From NCBI GenBank assembly GCA_000175855.1, contig ACYB01000017.1, positions 1 through 29,593 on the forward strand: a DNA stretch of 29,593 bases, read 5' to 3'. The position numbers were made by a program, and so were the translations under genes. The notes beneath the pieces were generated by a model. That model was not told where the DNA came from. It saw nothing but the letters and a program-made list of their open reading frames with translations, and did not search any database. Positions 1 to 5,686 of this stretch are shown here, one piece after another. How positions within the stretch are numbered: the stretch's first letter is position 1; every line of letters begins with the position of its first letter. This DNA is from Raphidiopsis brookii D9. Lineage in GTDB: Bacteria; Cyanobacteriota; Cyanobacteriia; Cyanobacteriales; Nostocaceae.

Positions 1-115
1 TAACTAAAGTTAGTTATTATTTAATTTGGTGACGGATAGGAATTACAGAGTGTTGGGATGACAAAATTGCCGTAGCTGTTGCAGTATAACCCTTTCAGCG
101 ATTTTTATTCTACTT

Positions 116-133
116 TGATGAATAATCCAGGTT
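116..133. repeat. 18-bp exact repeat tgatgaataatccaggtt (copy 1), at the 5' truncation point of the transposase remnant
   Basis: An identical 18-mer occurs at 18141-18158. Both copies are followed by (t)agga and, about 10 nt later, ttttgccag. Confidence 0.85.
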
Positions 134-710
134 AGGAGAAAAGCAAGTTTTGCCAGTGCACAAACTCAGGAGCATGGCGGAATTCACCCAGCGGTTTCCA
201 GATGTGAAGGAGGTGATTGTGAATGGTACGGAACCTCCAGTGCAACGTCCTCAAAACCGAGAACGCCAAAAGGAGTATTACTCGTGCAAGAAAAAGCAGC
301 ATACGTGCAAGCAGATTACAGTCAGCACCAGAAAGAAACGAGTGATTATTCTGACGAAAACCAGAGCAGGTAAGGTACATGACAAAAGACTACTCCAGGA
401 ATCGGAGATCGTGCAATACATTCCTGATGAGGTAGCAATAGAGGGAGATTTGGGTTTTCAGGGGTTGTAGAAAGAATTTGTCAATGTTCATCTGTCACAC
501 AAGAAACCGAAAGGTAAGGAGTTAACACAGCAGCAAAAACAGGAGAATCGGGAACTGAGTCGTCAGCGAGTTGTATGTGAGCATGCTCATTCTGGAATTA
601 AGAGATATAACTCTGTATATTGTGTGCACAGAAATTGTCTCCTCGATTTTGATGATCACTTAATGTTGGTCGCTGCAGGGTTATGGAACTTCTATTTGGA
701 TGCAGCATAA
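126..710 (+). pseudogene. IS5-family (DDE_Tnp_4 / Harbinger-like) transposase remnant, 5'-truncated, with an in-frame TAG at 468-470
   Basis: ORF 150-470 (..VIVNGTEPPVQRP..QKEYYSCKKKQHTCK..) continues in the same frame after the TAG as KEFVNVHLSHKKPKGKELTQQQKQENRELSRQRVVCEHAHSGIKRY.., with a stop at 708-710. The YSxKKKxHT and HKKPKxxELTxxQKxxN..R..VEH patterns are typical of this transposase family. The N-terminal HTH part is missing; the frame is closed by a TAA at 123-125. Confidence 0.7.
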
Positions 711-804
711 ATTCAATCAGGATGGGGGAAGTTCTGTCGTCCAAAAAATATGCTTTTATTTCCCAATAACTATATTATACATCATACCCTATAGGTGCAA
801 CGAC

Positions 805-970
805 ACAAAGGGCTTTGTCTTGCTAAAAAACTGGGTACTAAAACGTAATTTTAATTAGTTGATGGGCTGTGGGCGTTTCGCTAAAGATTATGAAGTATTT
901 ATTACCTTAAAAAAATCTCAAAAACTTATCTAACTTGCCACAATCCTTATAAAGGTTAGGCGAATCGCAG
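805..970 (+). mobile_element. Degenerate 3'-end remnant of an IS5-type (DDE_Tnp_1, IS427/IS1031-like) transposase gene (remnant A)
   Basis: It translates with stops and frameshifts to ..KGFVLLKKLGTKT.. and LMGCGRFAKDYEVFITLKKSQKLI*LATILIKVRRI. This matches the canonical C-terminus ..RWVVERTFAWLxxxRRLxKDYExxxxxSEAxIYLAxIRLMLRRL. It is about 70% identical at DNA level to 5518-5632. Confidence 0.55.
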
Positions 971-1021
971 AAATTATGACCGCCAAGCACTATTTAAAAC
1001 CCTGTGGCAAGTTTGTATACA

Positions 1022-1651
1022 CTAACGCATGTATGTGTTAAGTGTGTTTGGTGTTGATCTATAGAATAATCTTCGTGCAGTACCAAAGAACTCAGGACTG
1101 CTGAAATTACAAGAAGACCGTGAGTAATTGCATTCTACTTCTTCAAAAGCAGCAGAATCGTAATAAGTTTTCTCTGTTCCACCTGGTTCATCGTAATAAG
1201 CATGAACCATCGAAACGGAGGAAGGAGATAATGTTGTCATCGCTGATTGTACCCGGCGCCCATTCACAAGAAGAGTAACCTGACTAATTCCATCATAACT
1301 CAGTTCTATTCTGTTAATCGGTTGAAGACCTATTGGTCTTCCAGAACCTCCCCTATTGTTACCACAATTCATAAATGTATACCATTGCCCGTCCATGCCA
1401 CCTTTTTTCCCATAAGAAATACCAGCCCCACAATCATTACCTAAATTGAAATAAAAAGAGGCATAACCATATCTAGAGACTTTTATCTGTTGAGGTAATC
1501 TAAGACTTCCTCTAATCGATCCGTATGAGCCTCTACTTATTGAGCGAAAGCCGCTTCTTCCAACTTGAGCATAAGATGTAGAGTGAGGCATTGAACTGAT
1601 AACGATAGAAGTAAGCAGCACAGAACTTAGAAAGTAAAGAGACTTAAACAT
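1022..1651 (-). CDS. Secreted hypothetical protein (209 aa, N-terminal signal peptide, Gly/Arg/Ser-rich start of the mature part, 4 Cys)
   Basis: Complete ORF. A hydrophobic signal (MFKSLYFLSSVLLTSIVISS..SYA-Q) is present, with GAGG-like aggt 8 nt upstream of the ATG. I recognise no family. Confidence 0.6.
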   Translation of the reverse strand: MFKSLYFLSSVLLTSIVISSMPHSTSYAQVGRSGFRSISRGSYGSIRGSLRLPQQIKVSRYGYASFYFNLGNDCGAGISYGKKGGMDGQWYTFMNCGNNRGGSGRPIGLQPINRIELSYDGISQVTLLVNGRRVQSAMTTLSPSSVSMVHAYYDEPGGTEKTYYDSAAFEEVECNYSRSSCNFSSPEFFGTARRLFYRSTPNTLNTYMR

Positions 1652-1922
1652 TTTGTTACCTCATTTAATCAAAGATTAATTGCTTTATTCAGAGCTAAAA
1701 TCCGCAGCATCTACCGCCAATAGCTGCATGAATCTCGGGTTTCTGATAGTCAAAATGGCTACGCCTAAAAGAACAATCAATTTTTGTTCTGCTATGATAA
1801 ATAGCACAGGTTAACCGGAGCAAGCTTAATTTTATTTAAGCACTTGTCAGTGAATTAAGATAAAACCAGTCCATTTTCAACCCAATTTAGCTTTGAGAGA
1901 GGGAATTTATTACCTGGCTCCT

Positions 1923-2218
1923 TAATCAGATTTATGGTGTTCTTTTCCCTACAACTATTACTATTTCCTAACTCTCCAATAATGACAAGAGTTTGAGCAA
2001 CTTTAAAATTCATCCAACTGACACAATTATGTCTCCTTTTACTGATTAAACATTGTAACTTCATTTATATTATTTCCGCATTTCCCCATAACGTCGTATC
2101 AACGAGCTTTGTTTTTCAAGATATAATTAACACAATTATGTCTTTTTTTGTTTCTCTCTTCCTAGGGATGGTGAGAATCCAAAAAAATAGCCCCATAACC
2201 TAATGGGGCTAAAATCTA
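1923..2218. repeat. 296-bp direct repeat, copy 1 (partner 2447-2742, offset 524 bp)
   Basis: Base-by-base comparison shows about 93-95% identity over the full 296 bp. This includes the hairpin tagccccat-aaccta-atggggcta. Confidence 0.9.
2179..2211 (-). terminator. Rho-independent terminator downstream of the peptide gene
   Basis: A 9-bp perfect stem (2188-2196 / 2203-2211) with a 6-nt loop is followed on the minus strand by a T7 run (A-run 2181-2187 on plus). It lies 25 nt after the stop at 2236. Confidence 0.7.
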
Positions 2219-2235
2219 TTTATAACCAAGGTAAC

Positions 2236-2412
2236 CTAGAACCAAGGGGTCCTTGGTTTTGGTCTAGGAATTGGCCATGGTTTAGGAATTGGCCAGAAAC
2301 ATCCACCCATCAAGTTAATTTCTGATCCTGTAAGTTCATTAAGATAGCTCTCAGAATCAGAGAACAAATCTGCACCAGCAGGACGTAAGTCGGAAATAGT
2401 GATATTAGCCAT
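2236..2412 (-). CDS. Double-glycine-leader precursor peptide (58 aa): 37-aa leader plus 21-aa Pro/Trp-rich cationic core
   Basis: MANITISDLRPAGADLFSDSESYLNELTGSEINLMGG | CFWPIPKPWPIPRPKPRTPWF. The leader resembles cyanobacterial GG-type bacteriocin leaders (ISDL.P.G.ELF.DSESFL.EL....I.GG). AAGGGA lies 7 nt upstream of the ATG at 2412. The upstream ATG at 2439 (ORF-track start) has no SD and adds MKLNQRETK. Confidence 0.7.
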   Translation of the reverse strand: MANITISDLRPAGADLFSDSESYLNELTGSEINLMGGCFWPIPKPWPIPRPKPRTPWF

Positions 2413-2446
2413 TTTTGTTTCCCTTTGATTAAGTTTCATTTTGAGG

Positions 2447-2742
2447 TAATCAGATTTATGGTGTTCTTTTCCCTACGACTATTACTATTTCCTAACTCTC
2501 CAATAATGACAAGAGGTTGAGCAACTTTAAAGTTCATCTAACTAGCACAATTATAGCTCTTTTTACCGAATAAACACTGTAACTTCATTTATATTATTTC
2601 CGCATTTCCCCATAACGTCGTATCAACGAGCTTTGTTTTTTAAGATACAATTAACACAATTATGTCTTTTTTTGTTTCTCTCTTCTTAGGGATGGTGGCA
2701 ATCCAAAAAAATAGCCCCATAACCTAATGGGGCTAAAATCTA
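2447..2742. repeat. 296-bp direct repeat, copy 2 (partner 1923-2218)
   Basis: See copy 1. It lies between the HopA1-like gene stop (2787) and the peptide start (2412). Confidence 0.9.
2703..2735 (-). terminator. Rho-independent terminator after the kinase/HopA1-like gene pair
   Basis: It has the same 9-bp stem (2712-2720 / 2727-2735) followed by a T-run on the minus strand (A-run 2705-2711 on plus). It lies 52 nt after the stop at 2787. Confidence 0.7.
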
Positions 2743-2786
2743 CAGATGAACCTATCACTCCTTGATTCCCATATAAGGGACTAATA

Positions 2787-3890
2787 TCAATCAGTCAACT
2801 CTAATCTTTGATAAACATTCTTAGAATCAGCATTTAAATAAGGACGCTGCCAATCAATTCCTAACTCAGAAAACTGCTCGCAAATAGCAGTCATCCGACC
2901 CGCTGCAGAATTCTCCTCCTGTTGCCAAGCCATCAGTAAACCATTGGCTATAATCTGACAGCGATTCATTCCAAAACTCTCCTCACTGCCAAACTTTTTG
3001 TCCGGTTCTTCCGCTAATCCCAAACCCGGTGCTAACTCGAGGGTGAACAAAGGTATTTCTTGCTTAAAAACAAACTGATTTTGGTGATAAACATTACCTA
3101 CAATCTCCCTCACCAATTCATAATCAGTTTTCCCAAAATAAAGCACCCCAGCATCATATCGTTGATAATCAACTGGATTATACAAAGCCTTAAAACTAAA
3201 AGGAATCCCCCTCTGATTCAACTTTTCAGTTAACCCAGCCATCACAGCCACTGCACCTTCGGGAGTAACATTAAAATAGATTCGCACCATGGCTTCCTCT
3301 CTCTGTAAACCAGCATTACCCACCGCCATATAAAAACCATTTTGCACTAAATTCTTGGGCATCAAAATTGATACAACATCACCCACAAATGCAGATTGTT
3401 CATATTCTTGAAGATGCTTGTCACGTTGGATATGTAATCGCAAACCACCCTTAGTTACAGCCAAACTCCCATCGGTTTCTTCTCTCAAAACTGACCACCC
3501 TGAATCAAAATAACCCTCACCCTTATTCGCTTTGTCTAACTGCAAATAAAAGTCCATAGATACACCAGCAAAACTACTATTTTCCAAATCTAATTGCTGA
3601 ACTTTATTCCCATAACCTAATGCCTGTAATTTTTGTGTCGACCCATTGTAATAAGTGCCATAAAGAAAACTCCGCAACTGTAAACTCATATACTTATCCT
3701 GCATTTCCTTGGGTAAAGCCTGAATCCGAGACAACATTTCAGTAGGCATTTCCCATGGTTGATAGTTCGGGTGACGAATCGAAAAATCAGCGGAAATCTC
3801 GACATTTTCAACAATATCTGATAAAACTTCCTTTAAGCGACGTTCAACTTCAGAGGCTAATTGATGAGATTGAGAATTAAGTAATGACAT
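2787..3890 (-). CDS. HopA1-effector-family-like protein (putative phospho-Ser/Thr lyase), 367 aa
   Basis: Complete ORF. The central block VRIYFNVTPEGAVAVMAGLTEKLNQRGIPFSFKALYNPVDYQRYDAGVLYFGKTDY matches my memory of bacterial proteins annotated as T3SS effector HopA1 family. It starts 25 nt after the kinase gene ends, which suggests an operon. The family call was not verified by search. Confidence 0.6.
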   Translation of the reverse strand: MSLLNSQSHQLASEVERRLKEVLSDIVENVEISADFSIRHPNYQPWEMPTEMLSRIQALPKEMQDKYMSLQLRSFLYGTYYNGSTQKLQALGYGNKVQQLDLENSSFAGVSMDFYLQLDKANKGEGYFDSGWSVLREETDGSLAVTKGGLRLHIQRDKHLQEYEQSAFVGDVVSILMPKNLVQNGFYMAVGNAGLQREEAMVRIYFNVTPEGAVAVMAGLTEKLNQRGIPFSFKALYNPVDYQRYDAGVLYFGKTDYELVREIVGNVYHQNQFVFKQEIPLFTLELAPGLGLAEEPDKKFGSEESFGMNRCQIIANGLLMAWQQEENSAAGRMTAICEQFSELGIDWQRPYLNADSKNVYQRLELTD

Positions 3891-3914
3891 GATTTTTCAA
3901 GATACTCAAGGATA

Positions 3915-5081
3915 TTAAACTTTGCCAACAACAGAAGAATTCATCTGATTTAACTGAGTAGCAGTAGCCCCAAAAATAGTGGGCATCGACAATTCAGGAC
4001 GACACAACAAAGCCTTGGCTACCTGAAGCATAGCAATTCCCGTATTATTAAAGGTTTTTTCATGCTGAACCATTGCTAAAATTGCAGTAATTAAAGAAAA
4101 ACCTGCCAACTGTACCACTTGCTTTAAGAAATCAGGTCGATATTTTAAGATTTCTGGGAAAGCTTCTAAATAAGCTAAAGTTAATCCACCGATAGATGGC
4201 TGAATTAATTCTAGGGGAGTAGTCGCTAGTCGCAAAGATTCTTCAATACTAAGAGAATTACTAATCACTAAGCTACCCAACCAAGTTTGTAGATAACTGG
4301 CGATCGCCATTCCCAAATCAAACGCTGGATCTCCCCAATCAGACCTTTCCCAATCAATCAAACGAATCACATTTTCATTAACATCTTCCCATTTTTGAAG
4401 TAAAAGAATGTTATTCAACTTCAAGTCATTGTGAGTTAGACAAATAGGAGAGATAGTTTTACTTAAGAGATTAACTGCTGCTTCTAAGCTATCATATCGT
4501 TGATAAAGAGCAAAAAACTTTAATCCACCCATGGGAACCAGTCCAAAAATTTCTGGACCTATCTGTTCCAAACTATTTAGTAATAGTGGGGATACCTTGG
4601 TTTTTCGAGCAAAATCTTGGGCAAAAAATTCCCTATAAATACTTTTATTCCAAGTTTCACGGTGAATTGTTGCCAAACAACTGCCAATTTGAGCAGCAAC
4701 CTGAGTAGGAAAGACATTCTTTTTAGAGTAGAATTTTGCTAAATCCTCATAATTATCCAGATAAGTAGAAACCAAAATTGAGTTCTCATCATCGTAGAGC
4801 AGTAATTCTGGCAGAAACCTACGCCAATGGTCTAATTCAGGAAAGTTATGCACAAAACTCGGGATTCGCCATTCCCCAAAAAACTCCTTCACCGTTTCCT
4901 TTTCTAAATTAATAAATTTTTCCTGTTTTACCAGTAACTTTCGACCCTCTGGTAAAGTCACCAATAAATTAAAATTTTTAGCCTGAATCTGCTCTACTCC
5001 TGGATTTTCTAGGGAGCGATCGCATAACTTTCTCTTGATAAGATACTCGTTGACATTTTGAGAACTTAAGATAAACTTCAC
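3915..5081 (-). CDS. Aminoglycoside-phosphotransferase/CotS-like protein-kinase-fold phosphotransferase, 388 aa
   Basis: It has the catalytic loop LTHNDLKLNNILL (HxDxxxxN) and the metal-binding IDWERSDWGDPAFDLG motif. Complete ORF. Confidence 0.8.
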   Translation of the reverse strand: MKFILSSQNVNEYLIKRKLCDRSLENPGVEQIQAKNFNLLVTLPEGRKLLVKQEKFINLEKETVKEFFGEWRIPSFVHNFPELDHWRRFLPELLLYDDENSILVSTYLDNYEDLAKFYSKKNVFPTQVAAQIGSCLATIHRETWNKSIYREFFAQDFARKTKVSPLLLNSLEQIGPEIFGLVPMGGLKFFALYQRYDSLEAAVNLLSKTISPICLTHNDLKLNNILLLQKWEDVNENVIRLIDWERSDWGDPAFDLGMAIASYLQTWLGSLVISNSLSIEESLRLATTPLELIQPSIGGLTLAYLEAFPEILKYRPDFLKQVVQLAGFSLITAILAMVQHEKTFNNTGIAMLQVAKALLCRPELSMPTIFGATATQLNQMNSSVVGKV

Positions 5082-5120
5082 TTAAACCTGCCTTTAGATA
5101 GATTAACAACCCACTCGTAC

Positions 5121-5387
5121 TTATCTTACTTTCACTTCTGTTAAATCCCTAACCATATTTAATATCTTTGTAATGTAATTATTTGTATATCTGGTTAGCT
5201 TATAGAACCTACCCCTAATCATAACCAAGGCGTTTAAAAAGGCTTTACTAGCAAGTAAGACGAGGATGTTTTGGTATTTTTGTTCTCTGTACTGTTCGGT
5301 TTTTTCTCTTTCTGCCACCTGGCGAGCTTTTTGATGGTCTTCTTGGGTAAGAGTAATCAGGACTGATTTGAGCATATTAAGTTTCAC
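5121..5387 (-). CDS. Hypothetical 88-aa ORF, possibly an N-terminal fragment of a larger (DUF1822-like?) protein
   Basis: Only an ORF. ITLTQEDHQKARQVAERE..QKYQNILVLLASKAFLNAL weakly recalls DUF1822 N-termini. No clear RBS. Confidence 0.3.
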   Translation of the reverse strand: MKLNMLKSVLITLTQEDHQKARQVAEREKTEQYREQKYQNILVLLASKAFLNALVMIRGRFYKLTRYTNNYITKILNMVRDLTEVKVR

Positions 5388-5499
5388 TTTTTATCTTTTA
5401 GGATAATAGGGGTTAGTTTTGACTCCCAAATGTATATCGTTTAAAGGTGAAGGGTTTTGAATAATTTATTAATTTTATGTTTGGGTCTAGAGATCGGCG

Positions 5500-5632
5500 A
5501 TCGCCCTTGAGAATTAGTTATTAACTTTTGGTTGGTTGATGGACTGCAGGCGTTTGGTTAGAGATTATGAATTATTACTCGAAACATCTAAAACTTTTAT
5601 CTACCTTGCCATAATCCGTATTAAAGATTGGG
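5500..5632 (+). mobile_element. 3'-end remnant of an IS5-type (IS427/IS1031-like) transposase gene (remnant B)
   Basis: It reads LLTFGWLMDCRRLVRDYELLLETSKTFIYLAIIRIKDW, the canonical IS5-family C-terminus. No upstream catalytic part is present. It has the same orientation as remnant A. Confidence 0.6.
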
Positions 5633-5685
5633 TACCACGGCCAAGCTTATTACAAAGAATCCAAGACCTCAACTCGGGGGAAATA
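5633..5685. repeat. Direct repeat copy 1: taccacggccaagcttattacaaagaatccaagacctcaactc..ggaaata
   Basis: The 43-bp core differs at 2 positions from 7935-7977. It directly follows IS remnant B. Confidence 0.85.
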
Positions 5686-5686
5686 C

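Noticed and set aside
1855-2064. A 69-aa ORF (MKLQCLISKRRHNCVSW MNFKV...) on the minus strand.
   Set aside because: It lies inside repeat copy 1. The equivalent reading in copy 2 has a stop after 16 codons (MKLQCLFGKKSYNCAS*) and many non-synonymous differences. The long ORF is therefore probably fortuitous; only the shorter MNFKV... part is shared.
2413-2439. A longer start for the peptide ORF (MKLNQRETK-MANIT...).
   Set aside because: There is no Shine-Dalgarno sequence before the ATG at 2439, whereas AAGGGA precedes the ATG at 2412. GG-leader peptides of this type normally begin just before the I-S-D-L motif.
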